Part shown: positions 50,898 to 64,000 of the stretch, one piece after another | Layout: each line of letters starts with the position of its first letter | How positions within the stretch are numbered: position 1 is the stretch's first letter | Assembly (NCBI GenBank): GCA_951406725.2 | Contig: OX597833.1 | Location: 26,164,001 to 26,228,000 of the forward strand | Length of the DNA: 64,000 nt | DNA from: Octopus vulgaris | Lineage: Eukaryota | Reading direction: 5' to 3' | Translations under genes and position numbers: made by a program | The notes under the pieces: generated by a model | The model's database searches: none | What the model saw: only the letters and a program-made list of their open reading frames with translations | Told to the model about the DNA's origin: nothing

Positions 50898-51905
50898 TAT
50901 TTCAGATCGATATCAACGATTATTACCTGTCTATCATTGAATCTATTCTAAATGAAACTATGAATTTTTTGAAATCTATCATCTCCTATAAAAATTTGAT
51001 ACTGAAACAATTTTCCGGCATCAAAATCAATCTCTTCTTTCTCAACACTTGCTATATGAAACAGAAAAAAATATTACCGCCATTATTCGCCGTGAACGAG
51101 AAAGAGAAGGTTACGACGGTAGTTACTAACCTTGTGGAACTATTTGTCATAGAAGAATGTTACACCATATTAGTTAAAACAGAAAAAAAAACTGCAAATT
51201 GTTCTGTATCCAAAAGAATCTTCAAATTATTCAGCCATCCTTAAAAATCTCCAATTTATTCTCGAGGAAAGTTTTAATGAAAATTTGGCCTACTCCAAGA
51301 AATCGTTAGGAAGAAATAATGGTATCCAAGAATTCTTAAACTACTAAATCACACTGAGATATCTTGTTAATTGCAAAACCAGGTATAATGTTGATTGATA
51401 AAACCCATTCGAGGTAGAACTGCAATTCTAAAACTTTTTAAAACATTTGGTCAAGCGCTTATCCTCTGAGTATAAATAACAAGATTCTTAACTAAAACAA
51501 CATAAAATACCCCACTCAATCACATAGCAATTCACATATGGTGGCAGTGCTGATCCAATTACAACTAAATCACCAGCTGTTTCACCAAAATGTGGCAAAC
51601 TGCAATTTCATCAGTGGAAACATTATAAGGAATTTGTATTGTGTGCAACTGTTACTACAACATCTCACACTCATGTGTAGAATTAACTGTTAAATCACTT
51701 GAATTAGTTTTAACCAGCACATAGTATCCCGGAAAGGAAAATTTCTACAACTTTATAAGAATATATTTGATTTGCTTGATATTTCCTTCGACACTACATA
51801 ACATATCCTAGAAAATAATTACCACACGACACACTAAACAGAGACCATACGAAATTTTGATCTAGGAAATTTTGCGAAATTTGCATTAATAAATAAATTT
51901 TCTGA
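50898..51905 (+). mobile_element. Decayed Penelope-like element ORF (RT and GIY-YIG endonuclease), internally deleted
   Basis: FQIDINDYYLSIIESILNETMNF (PLE RT motif F..FDI..FYPSI...LL); AILKNL; LCATVTT...VELT...FNQH...STTL*EYI (PLE GIY-YIG pattern Y.A.VTT...Y.GLT...F..H...ST.LS.YI). Confidence 0.7.
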
Positions 51906-52070
51906 ATTCATGGCAATTGTAGGAAAACTTTAGTTTCTAAATAAAATATACATTTAGATATGTGAGTTTGATACGTACACAAACACACTCACCTGCATAC
52001 ACATATGTATACACATGATTCCTGGTTCAGCCCCATAGTGTGTGGCACATTATATATATATGTGTGTGTG

Positions 52071-52136
<66 letters not shown>

Positions 52137-52763
52137 TATTGGAAGAATCGACAAATGGAGTACAGGGAAATGGCATTGGAACTACGTCCCTTCTTCAGCG
52201 AAACTCATCAGTTTCAGCAAGTTTATCAAACAACTTCCCCTGAAATATTAACTGAAAGAAGACTCTGTCATTTCACATAACTTCATTTCAGCCATACAAT
52301 TTTCATTGCAATTTTCAGAAAAAAATCGCTGTACAATCATACAATTGTACAATCGCTATACTTGGATCATTCCTTCAATCATCTTCGATAGATGAAATTT
52401 GAAGTATTAACAGTGAACACTTATACAGAATATTGTTGACTTTACTACAGTATATACATACATGTATAAATATAAATACATACATGTATAAAAATACTTG
52501 CATGCATACATAAATACATACATACATGCACACATAAATACATACATAAATACGTACATACATGCATACATACATAAATACATATGTGCAGGAATTTTAT
52601 CTGCAACATTGTTGAGTGCTCCCAGTTGGCTCTGGTTTCACATTGGAAATGGCTGAAAAACCTGCAGGACTGCTTCAGAGTCTGATGAGACAGCAGCTCC
52701 TACATTCGGAGATAGAATACAACAGCAGCCGTAATACACAAGCGTTTACGCCATACATACAAA

Positions 52764-52949
52764 CAAATACATAGATATACTGGCAAGCAGGCCGGTAGAC
52801 AGACAAACAGACAAGCAGACTTAATCGACTATGTATGGAACAATATTTTTGGAATATTTTCAAAGCCGGTTTACTGACATCTTTAAGATCAAATACATAG
52901 ATATACTGGCAAGCAGGCCGGTAGACAGACAAACAGACAAGCAGACTTA
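52764..52949. repeat. Perfect 60-bp direct repeat flanking a 66-bp spacer
   Basis: 52764-52823 equals 52890-52949. Confidence 0.95.
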
Positions 52950-53959
52950 TCCATTTCCTCTAGTCTTTCAAATATGTTAATCAGTACTGCTATAATTCAC
53001 ACAACCTTCTCAAACGCAGAAGAATTTCCGATTTGTCTGTTATTACCCATGTACGGGTTTTTAAACTTTATGCAGCAAGATTCACTTATTTATGCATTTC
53101 AAGTAAAACTAGGACTAAATTAGGACAATTTATTAAAAATATCTTGCTAATGTGACTTGGCACAAAATGCCGACGTTGCAAACGCCGGTGGATCAGGAGA
53201 GAAATTTTACCCTAATCAGCAGTCGAACAAGATTACTGTTGGCCAAATTAGAAAAAAATCTCTCACTACTTATCCGTATTACTCATCGCGCGATGGTGGC
53301 CACCCCCGAATAGCACGGATTGTTAAGTTATAATCATAAATACAAATGAAAATATTATGTGGACGCATATAAATCTCATTGTAAGCATACTTGAAGTCGA
53401 AGGGACGCCCAGCTTATGCTTTCGTGTATCCGTATTTGTATGTGGAATAAGAGGTAGCATTGGGGTGACACCACTAAAATAATTTAATTTATAGATACTT
53501 TATGAGAATTAAGTAATAGGCAAAATGTTACAATGAAACAAAAAGTAAATTAACTTTAAAATATGTTGGTCCTAGAGTCTTATTTCCAAATTTAGCAAAT
53601 AACAGCTTGGTACAGATTAAACTAAGGTCCGAGAGTAATGATGAAAGTAATGGTAATTCCTAAATTTAGTTTAATATTGCGAAATAATATTCTTGCATCT
53701 TTTAGTAAATCGATCAATCATTCCAGAGAGATTTCAATCATTAGAAATAAAAAAAACACATTCAACAAAGAGTGAAAAGATAGTTTTAAATAACGAGCGA
53801 CTATTTTAAAAATAAATAGCCGATAGTGTTCAGAGGTTGTGGAATGGTGTTTAACATTGATGTTAATATCGATCTTATTCTCCTTTCTTTCCACCTCGCT
53901 TTCTCCATTTCTCTGTATGTGTGTATGTGTGTGTATATGGTTGTGTGTGTGTGTGCCTT

Positions 53960-54165
53960 TGTGTCTGTGTTTGTCCCCCATCCCCGCTTGACAACTGGCG
54001 CTGTCGTCTTTACGTCCCCGTAACTTAGAGTCTGGGAAAAGAGAACGATGCAATAAGTACTAGGCTTAAAAAACATGTCCTGGGAGCGAATTTTTTTGAT
54101 TATAAAACTTTCATTGCGATGTTCCAGCATGGCTGCATTCAAATAACGGAAACAAGGAAAATAAT
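53960..54165 (+). mobile_element. SINE family A, 3' half
   Basis: gtgtttgtcccc...gcttgacaac...ttacgtccccgtaacttag...ccagcatggc. Confidence 0.85.
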
Positions 54166-54214
54166 AAAAATATACTTGCGTGCGCGCACACACATACATA
54201 TACATACATATATA

Positions 54215-54294
<80 letters not shown>

Positions 54295-54380
54295 GTATAT
54301 ATATATACATATGTGTGTGTGTTTGCGTATATATATATGCAGTGAGAGAGAGAGCGAGAAGGAAATATATATATATATAT

Positions 54381-54460
<80 letters not shown>

Positions 54461-54750
54461 GAGAATGAGATGACAATGGAAAAAGCGATTATCTCACGAA
54501 CTTCATTAACTCACAGCTACGAGTCCACTGCATCTCATAGCAGAAACAAATGTAAGCTTATGAAGTTCAGAAGATAATCGTTCATTTCCTCTGTCATCTT
54601 GTTTTCTTATTACCGCTCTGTACTCGACTAACTCTTCGTTCTAAACACATGTATATTGAGTTATTTATTATAGTTATTATATTTTTAACGCACTAAGTCC
54701 ATACAGTACATTATCTTGGGATAAATACAATAGTAACAGCCCTATCGACA

Positions 54751-54797
<47 letters not shown>

Positions 54798-55334
54798 AGG
54801 AGTGCGATATGTAACTCTCTAGTTAGATAGTAACGTAAACCGGTGCGTGCGTGTGCGTTAATACTGTCTTGAAGGACTTATAACTAAGCCGGCTTTTAAA
54901 AATCAGGACAGAAATTTGAAACGTCGCTACTGAGCCAAGATTATAGCTGCTGAAGTCAAGAAATACTTTCGTATGGCAAAGAAAATATACAATAACTAAT
55001 TAGGACTTTGTTTAGTCTTTTAATCCTATTAAACATATTTTAATCATTGCCCTTCTAGTTATTATGTTTATTTGATTAATGAATTTGACACCCACACATT
55101 TCTCTTAAGTCATAGATTTATTAAAAATATTCAGTATATATTATTATGGCTAATTTTATAAATAACCGATTTTAATCACTTTTAATGAAATTGATTATTT
55201 AATCGCATAATTAATATTTCGCGTTATATGATATTGCTCCTAAATAATATAATATTTCCTAAATAGAAGCAAATACTCCCACCTCTATTCTCTCTTTTAT
55301 TCGGTTTCTTGCTTTTATTTATTTCCATTCCTTT

Positions 55335-55731
55335 GACGCTGGCGTGGCTGTGTGGTAAGAAAGTTGCTTCCCAACAGCATGGTTACAGGTTCAGACCCAC
55401 TGCGTGGCAACTCCAGCAAGTATCTTCTGCTATAGCCCTGTGAGTGCATTTGATACATGGAAACTGAAAGAAGCCCGTTGTATATTAGCATAGGTATATA
55501 TCTATGTGTGTATATCTTTTGTCTGTATTTGTCCTACCTCCAACACTCGATAACCGGTGTTGGTGTGCTTACGTCCCCGTAACCTAACGGTTGGATAAAA
55601 GAGACAGTTAGACTAAGTACTAGTCTTAAGAAAATGTAAGTCCTAGGGCCGGTTTCTTCGTCTAAACAGAAAAACCCCTTCAAGGTGGTGCCCCAGCATG
55701 GTCACAGTCAAATGACTGAAACAAGCAAAAA
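55335..55731 (+). mobile_element. SINE family A, full length, diverged
   Basis: Head to tail recognisable. Confidence 0.9.
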
Positions 55732-56289
55732 ATTTCATTTTCTATTCCCCTTTTAATGTAACTTTATAATAATATATATTCTAATCTTCAATCCTAAACG
55801 TTTGCCATCAATTCGATACGTTTATTTGGCTTTATAATTTAGCAGCATGAGATTATAGGGCTTTTTGTACGTCGTATTTTCTCGGTGTAGTGTATGTCAA
55901 GATGTCTTGTAATCATTTCTACATTAGCTATCATTTTAATGCATACATTTTCACCCACTAGTCTTTAATCTGATGTCATGTTCGTTTAAATTATTTCTGA
56001 TTTAATGATTGCCCTGTTACAACATAATAAACTGCTAGAATAGCATCTAGAAGTTCAGCGTCATACATATTTTTAATGACACAATCTTCAAACAAGCAAT
56101 ACTATTTTTAGACATGCCTTTTCTTTACATATATATTCCTTTCTCAATGCATCTTTCCAATTATAAAGGTTGTTTGCGCGAAAATTAAGGAGCGCAATTC
56201 TTACAAACATCTTGATTGAATGCTTTTATATATACACACACACACAGAGAACGAAAGAGAAAAATCTGTGTGTGTGTCTAAGATATATA

Positions 56290-56359
<70 letters not shown>

Positions 56360-57099
56360 GTCCAGAAATAAGATCCAGAGATACTCAGTATAGAAAAGAC
56401 ATAGCAGTGTTCAAAAAGATTCAAATTTTGACTCTGAAGTCTTTAAAGGGGAGATCGATTTCACATGATAAATAGTGGCTATAAGAGGGATTAAATTGAG
56501 CGGATCTAAAGGTAATTATGCGGCTAAACATATTAGATATATTAAATATAATATAATAGTTTTCGCATGAAACACAAAATATGTATACATGTATACATGA
56601 GAAACAAGAGAAAGTAAGACAGAGACTTTCAGCCGATGAATATTTAAACACAGATATATAGATATTTATATTTACAAATCCAACTTACACAGAGTGCAAG
56701 CGACAGAGAAAATTAATGGAGTGGAAGAAAGGGGTCCAATAACTGTTTCTTGGGGCTCGGTGATCCATGATAATGTTCATAGATGTAATTCATTTCAATA
56801 CGGATGCACTTCCATCTTTGAACTTCTGTGCATTAAGATCTGAAATGTAAGCTCTTCTCTACTCTGATTACGGCTGCATATTGATATGAACTACATCTAC
56901 CAAAATTATCACGTATCTTCAAGCCTCCAGAAACAGCTGTTGGAATTATAACACCTTTCTTCCACCCCTTTAATTTTCTCTGTCGTTTGTACATTGAGTA
57001 AATTGGGTCTACTTAATATAGATATCTATAAATTTGTACCTAAACAATCATCGTCTGTAAGTCTCCATCTTTTACTTTCTTTCGTTTCTCATGTACAAT

Positions 57100-57162
<63 letters not shown>

Positions 57163-57164
<2 letters not shown>

Positions 57165-57454
57165 AGGTGCAATGGCCAAATGGTTAGGGCAGCGGACTCG
57201 CGGTCGCAGGATCGCGGTTTCGATTCCCAGACCGGGCGTTGTGAGTGTTTACTGAGCGAAAACACCTAAAAGCTCCACGACGCTCCGGCAGGGGGTGGTG
57301 ATCCCTGCTGTACTCTTTCACCACTCTTTCTTCTGTTGGCCTGCTCGCTTAGCCAGCGAGGTGGCGTCATTCGAAGGCTAAAACAATGCGAACGCATTGT
57401 GACCAGCGATGTGTAACAACATCTGATGATCTGGTCGGTCACGTGACCACGTGA
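57163..57454 (+). mobile_element. SINE family D with tRNA-Arg-like head
   Basis: A-box tggccaaatgg, anticodon-like arm ending ggactcgcggtc, B-box ggtttcgattcc, body of about 210 nt ending gtcacgtgaccacgtga; inserted between (TG)n and (TA)n. Confidence 0.85.
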
Positions 57455-57742
<288 letters not shown>

Positions 57743-58327
57743 AAGAGAGAGTGTGCATGTCAGAGAGATAAACTGAATGAGATTTCAGTATCCACGTTAT
57801 GTAGTCAATAATGTTATTTTAAGATATTCAAGGCATGCGTGTATCTCTTGATCTATATCTGAATATTCTCAGATATATGATAGTACTAATCAGAGTCCTT
57901 TTAAATGTACCTATTCAAATAATCATCATTCTAATCCTATTGTATCATTTGCACGAAACATATTTAATTATTTAATTAAGGAAATTTTAAAACGAATGTG
58001 CAGGATTTATCCCCCTTCAATTGCACACATCTATCAACAGAAAGAATTCCTCTGGGCCCGCTTTTATGTAATGCTTTTTGATTATGCTTGTTAATTTACA
58101 CCACCTGCTGTTGGTTTTAATTAAATTTACATGTAATTTTGTCAACTAACACAGTATTTCTGATTGGAAATTTCAACAGTTTAACATTTAAAACTTTTTT
58201 CTAAGATAGTTTTCACACAAACATTATGACACACTTCTATATAAAATAACGTTATTCAAACTAATGTTTTACATCCAAAGGCACAATACCCATTATATAG
58301 ATCTTTTGTACAAAAATTAAAGATACA

Positions 58328-58733
58328 GGCGCAAGAGTGGCTGTGTGGTAAGTAGCTTGCCTACCAACCACATGGTTCTGGGTTCAGTCCCACTGCTTAG
58401 CATCTTGGGCAAGTGTCTTCTGCTATAGCCTCGGGCCGACCAATGCCTTGTGAGTAGATTTGGTAGACGGAAACTGAAAGAAGCCTGTCGTATATATGTA
58501 TATATGTGTATGTATGTGTATATGTTTGTGTGTCTGTGTTTGTCCCTCTAGCATTGCTTGACAACCGATGCTGGTGTGTTTACGTCCCCGTCACTTAGCG
58601 GTTCGGCAAAAGAGACCGATAGAATAAGTACTAGACTTACAAAGAATAAGTCCCGGGGTCGATTTGCTCGACTAAAGGCGGTGCTCCAGCATGGCCGCAG
58701 TCAAATGACTGAAACAAGTAAAAGAGTAAAGAG
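58328..58733 (+). mobile_element. SINE family A, full length, well preserved
   Basis: A-box tggctgtgtgg, B-box ggttcagtccc, cttgggcaagtgtc CORE-like motif, internal TATG run, gtaaaagagtaaagag tail. Confidence 0.96.
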
Positions 58734-59557
58734 TATACAATTCTCAGAAATATATTGATTTGCGGGCTGTTTAATGTATATTTATGTATGAATATATATT
58801 ATTTTTGAAAAAAATATACTGTGTAATGAATTCTATCGGAAAATGTGTATATTTGTTTATCTCTATCTTAATATGACTTCAATATGATTTTATTTGACGA
58901 ATTATCAAAATCACATCCCCTCTGATCTCCTGTTCCTCTAGTTATATTCATGATATATCAATAGATATGATTTCTTCTAACTAGATGTTGTTTTTCAAAA
59001 CCACAATTCCAAGACGATCCTCTCCCTGTTTCAAACATCCATCACTAAAAAATATTGGTTTGTGGTCGATTTATAAGAGCCAACATTTTGTTTTTCGGAT
59101 TGCATTACTTTCTCTGCTTCTTATTTCTTTGCTTAAATATATTCTGAAACAGAACGAGGCTCCTTCTACTTCTATCAATGTGCTTCTAGATTTTAAACTA
59201 ACATGATTATATATTACACAAATATTTTTTTCTCTGTGGTTTTCAAAGTTTAACTTACAGAAACTTCGAAGTAACTTCCGATTAAAATATAATTACATTC
59301 CAATTGTGTATCACGCAGCGCGGCGAATTCACAATTGGCTTAAAACGCTATACATTTCCAAATAAAACAACCGTATTCATGTTTGTGTATGTGTGTAAAT
59401 ATATATTTATATATATGTAAGTATATTGTGGTGGAGGGATGAATGTGTGTTCATATATATGCATTCGCGCACATACATATATATGAATATAAGCATACAC
59501 AGATACACACACATATGTATATGTGTATGTATGTAAATATGTATATATATCTATGTG

Positions 59558-59589
<32 letters not shown>

Positions 59590-59612
59590 TGTATGTATGT
59601 ATGTATGTATGT

Positions 59613-59650
<38 letters not shown>

Positions 59651-60830
59651 ATACACAGAATGAGTGTGTGCATGAGGGACAGAGAGAGAGAGAGAGAGAA
59701 AGAGAAAGAGAGAGAATTCCAAATTAATTTGATATAAAAATTGTGTTATACAGAAAAGTATTCCATGTTCTCACTGTTTACTAAATTCTTTCATTTCCCT
59801 TTAGATCTAAAATTATTTCTTATCTAAAGATTTCTTTTCCTATTTTATCTTTCGAGTTTATTTATGTATTTATTTACTCATTTGTGCAAAGAAAAATACA
59901 TTTTGTTTCTTTGTGTATGTTTTGGTCATTTACAAGCCGGAAGTTATCTCTGTCAGCAGCCATTGAAAATTACGTGATCTCATGTTGTTCTCTTGATGAA
60001 ATACTATATATTTGTACTGTTGTTTAAAAATCGTGCTAGAATAAAGCCGTTCACAAATAAACGAACAGTTTCACACACACACACACACTCACACAAATAT
60101 ATTTATAAACACAGTCATACTAACATGTAAAATGATAGATAAACACCATTCAAATTTTATGATAAAGCCATTCATTACAATTTTTTAAAAAATAATGTAC
60201 AACCATACATAACTACATATCAAAAAGTAGCCCGATAGAATTGTTGCTTATTTTTCATATAAAGAATCTTCTAAAGTTATATGCGCATCTAGATGTAAGT
60301 ATGCATAAACACGAAGAAAATGAATTAAAAAGGCTTCATTATTTATCGTTCAAAGATTGCATAACTAAATGAACTGACCTTTAAGTTTTATCATGGACAT
60401 CGGACAGATTTATATTATTAATTACTGAAGTTATGGTTGTAAGCGCCATTCCACTGTCCAGTGTCCATTACATAGCTTAAAGTTTATTTACATTCGTTAT
60501 GTGGAATCTGAGGATTTGACGGTGCAAATTGTAATGAAAATTTTCCTTATACACCAGAGATTAGAGATATTGAAATACGCGTATGTATGTGTGTGTGTGT
60601 GTGTGTGTATGTGTGTGTGCATGTAGAGATGTATACGCAAATATCAGTAACAGCACTATCTCTTGTATAAGGAATTAATCTTCAAAGCAATTTACATTTA
60701 CAAGTCTTCAGAAATTGCATAACAATTGAGTAACTTAACGTAATTAATATCGTACAAAGTAATCTTCACGCACACCTCCTATTTCTACTTTACCCCGTCT
60801 TTCGTTCTCTAATATCTTTCAACTTATACA

Positions 60831-61044
60831 AGGTGGCGAGCTGGAAGAAGCGTTAGCATCCGGGGCGAAATGCTTATCCGTATTTCGTCTATATTTACGT
60901 TCTGAGTTCAAATTCCGCCGAGGTTGACTTTGCCTTTCATCTTATCGGGGTCTCAAAATTTAGTACCACTATCGTACTATGGTCGATCTCATCGACGTGA
61001 CTCTCACCGAGAATTTTTTGGGCCTTGTGCCAAGAGTAGAAAAG
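60831..61044 (+). mobile_element. SINE family B monomer with about 20-bp TSD
   Basis: Flanks aatatctttcaacttataca (60811-60830) and aatatctttcaacttctata (61045-61064). Confidence 0.93.
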
Positions 61045-61192
61045 AATATCTTTCAACTTCTATATTAAATACCATAAAGTATGTACAAATTGAGAATGCT
61101 ATCTTCAATGCGTTCTGTTTATCTTTTTCCCCTTCCACACACTCTTTTTCTCTCACACTCCCCTTCATATATATATATATATATATATATAT

Positions 61193-61405
61193 GACGGGGG
61201 TGCTGAAAAGTTCTTGGCTTTAAGGGTATTGTGAAAGGCCTAGTTGGAAGCTCAACATCCGAGATCTTTTACAGGGCTTCGAAGAGCTGATGAACCACTG
61301 CAATAAGTGTGTGGATCTAGGAGGGGAATAATTTGAATAAAATCATAATTAACTAGTATTCCTGTATTTTCTTTTACCCAAAGCCAGGAACTCTCCAGGA
61401 ACTGT
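61193..61405 (+). mobile_element. Mariner deletion derivative
   Basis: Imperfect TIRs (aagttcttggcttt / aaagccaggaact); retains the transposase C-terminus HCNKCVDLGGE*FE*; begins in a TA run. Confidence 0.75.
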
Positions 61406-61517
61406 GTGTGTTGTATATATATATATGGAGAATTCACAAAACAAAAACAAAAGGCGAAGACAGGTGGTGTAGACAAAACACAGATGTAATAGTTTAACGC
61501 CTGGGAAGTGAAACAGT

Positions 61518-61553
61518 CTTTAACGTTTCGAGTCTACGCTCTTCCACAGAAAG
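61518..61553 (-). ncRNA. Minimal hammerhead-like motif in a Penelope-like terminal repeat (about 61425-61610)
   Basis: Minus strand: cttt-CTGTGGA-agagc(gtag)actc-GAAA-cg-TT-aaag; stem I cttt/aaag; core has T in place of the conserved A6. Confidence 0.55.
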
Positions 61554-61634
61554 GAAAACAGAAAGAAACAAGGAGAGAAAATAAAGAATGTGTAGTGGCT
61601 AGCGATCCACACACACACACACAGAGAGAGACAG

Positions 61635-61685
<51 letters not shown>

Positions 61686-61689
61686 CATA

Positions 61690-61890
61690 TATATGTCCAG
61701 CAATTTTAGGGGTGGTAATAAGCCGATTACAATGACCTCCCCTCTCCAGCACTTGAGTGGTACTTTTGTTTTTTCTACTTCGCAAGGATAAAAGGCAAAG
61801 GCACTACGACGGGATTTGCGATCAGACCGTAAAGAGTCGGAAAAAATACCGCGGAGGATTTCATGCAATATGCTAACTATTCTACCATTT
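61690..61890 (-). mobile_element. SINE family B, strongly diverged
   Basis: tggtactt...aaggataaaaggcaaag...gggatttg...aaataccgc. Confidence 0.6.
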
Positions 61891-62199
61891 ACCCATTTTC
61901 CTATATATAATTAAGCCTCATACACATGTTTGACTTGGATAGTCGCATACATAGATTGCACATATATATGTATATCCAAGTATAAGAATGTATTTACTAC
62001 TATAAACAATACGCTTGTATAGACCATTTCACCCCTTAGTATATACAGTACTCACCATAAAAATCATGGTGGAATGAAAAATTTAGTAACAGAAAGAGAG
62101 AAGGGGGGATTGCAGAGTGGAGGGAGGGAGAAAGAGGAAAGAGAAATATATGAGGGAGAGAACGCTTTGTTTTAATTATATTCGTTTGAGAACTACAAA

Positions 62200-62545
62200 C
62201 TCATTGAACGTTTGATCTCTATCAGGGCCCAGCGGGTCACTCTTTGCTGTATTTCTCTATCAAGAGGTAAAAAGGCATCATTCCGCGATCGCAACCGGTT
62301 GATGGCTTCCATCCGAAGTTTCCAAAAGTGTGTTCCATATCCTTGCCAGCTGAGAACAAAAGCAAATGCTTCTAAACCACATGTTAAGCGTGTTGGGGAG
62401 AAGTGATGATGGAATGTCTTCAGCGTTTTGCCTCAAGAACCTTTGTTAGAGTGAAGAACACAGTGAGAGACTAGCACTGCTGGTGTTACAATCTAGCAGA
62501 CAAGTTGGCATGCCGTTTATATTAAGTTGTAGTAGTAGTAGTTGC

Positions 62546-62604
<59 letters not shown>

Positions 62605-62608
62605 TAGT
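62200..62608 (+). mobile_element. Unclassified GC-richer repeat ending in (TAG)n, probable LINE 3' end
   Basis: Composition shift and terminal (TAG)n at 62529-62608; no protein motif recognised. Confidence 0.3.
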
Positions 62609-62677
62609 AAGGGCAGTGATGGTATGATTATGAGTGATAGTGGTAGTGGTAGTAGTGGTGATGGTGCGGGTGGAGGT

Positions 62678-63065
62678 TGTTCCTCCATGCACTTGGTGTA
62701 GGCCACCGTGTTGAGTATGAGGCGTGTGAGAAGATGAATGGAGGCATAACGTCGCCATCACTAGTGATCACTCCAAACGCCTCGATTGGATGTTTGATTT
62801 TCATTACTCTCGGTACATATCTTCAGACTGACACCCAAACACTTTGAAATGTTCGCATTGGAGCTTCTGGTGCAAATGCCAAGCAAGTACAACTTGTCGT
62901 TTCCAAATTTCTGGCAGAGTGAATTGGGTCATGATGCTGTGTTTCTCACAGGCGGTGCCCAAATGACCCTACTATACTAAATAGTCGAGAAACTCTAAAA
63001 CAAACAATGTGCATGCGCGAAATTATATATATATATAATGGCGACAATTTACCCATCGCACCCTG
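62678..63065 (-). mobile_element. Tc1/mariner-superfamily transposon, 5' end with internally deleted transposase
   Basis: Terminus cagggtgcgatgggtaaattgtcgcc; N-terminus MTQFTLPEIWKR...SSNANISKCLGVSL; catalytic-domain piece MKIKHP..FGVITSDGDVMPPFIF...LNTVAYTKCMEE. Confidence 0.85.
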
Positions 63066-63552
63066 AAAATATGGCACATATAATATGTAATGATGCATAG
63101 AATATGTAATGCTATAGTTAATAAAACCAACATACATACGCATATACAAACAAAATATAGTACGTAACATTTTATAGTGTATAGCAGTACCACATCAGGA
63201 TTTGACGAAAGAGCGTCGATTAAGTATTAGACAATATATAACGATATTTTTGTACGTCACTAATAGGCAATACATAATGTTCTGCAGTATATCGAAACTA
63301 GAAAAAATATAATGTACTGTAGTAGATGTATTAAAACATAATATGAAATGCTAGGAAGTAGGTGAGTAATAGATGACATACGACGGTGTAGAGCCAGTGA
63401 GTTATAAATAATGGTGTGGTTTTTGAGCAGGCGGAAGCTTACTGTTATATAAAGAAATAATGTGGATATTAGTATGTTGTATGTAGAAGATATTGTAGTC
63501 TATATCGTTCATTCTCTCTTTACTTCACTTCTTGCCTTTGCTTAATATTTCC

Positions 63553-63583
<31 letters not shown>

Positions 63584-63634
63584 TCTATATATATCTATTT
63601 ATCCATCTATCTATCTCTTGGCATATATATGTAT

Positions 63635-63701
<67 letters not shown>

Positions 63702-63736
63702 TAAATAAATAGATAGACAAGCAAACAAACAGACAG

Positions 63737-63781
<45 letters not shown>

Positions 63782-64000
63782 TGTGTGTGTGTGTGTATGT
63801 ATGTATGTACCCACAAACACACACACACGCAGACGCACGCATACACAGTCACATACACACATATATATATATGACACACTCGCCCACATACACACATATA
63901 CAAGTCAACAGTTAATGATCCACAACTATATTATTTTGTATTATGTGTGTTTCAATCTATAATTCATATGTAATAGGATCATTAATAGTCTATATGAAAA

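Noticed and set aside
52682-52730. CTGATGA followed by a small hairpin as a hammerhead
   Set aside because: No GAAA in register and no stem I or III
57163-57240. tRNA-Arg gene
   Set aside because: The acceptor stem does not close, there is no oligo-T terminator, and it continues into a SINE body. The same applies to the other SINE heads.

Overview
AT-rich, non-genic (intronic or intergenic) animal DNA saturated with microsatellites and retroelement debris. The SINE families and repeat landscape resemble an octopus (cephalopod) genome; this is inferred from recall, not from a search. No host protein-coding exon, rRNA, genuine tRNA gene or CRISPR array is supportable, and nearly all ORFs in the track are microsatellite translations. 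Content: about four tRNA-derived SINE families in many copies; decayed LINEs (Tx1/L1, CR1/L2, RTE, R4/Dong); a decayed Penelope-like RT/GIY-YIG ORF; Tc1/mariner and hAT non-autonomous elements; and a TIR-bounded 21-bp minisatellite. The most striking signal is about 11 hammerhead-ribozyme (HHR) motifs. One near-complete type I HHR (26641-26721) lies in a hairpin-rich, (TAA)n-tailed element. Two long palindromes (23718-23879, 37944-38160) carry an HHR on each strand. Several minimal Penelope-type HHR remnants sit between microsatellite tracts. All alignments and folds were done by eye, so boundaries of degraded elements are approximate.
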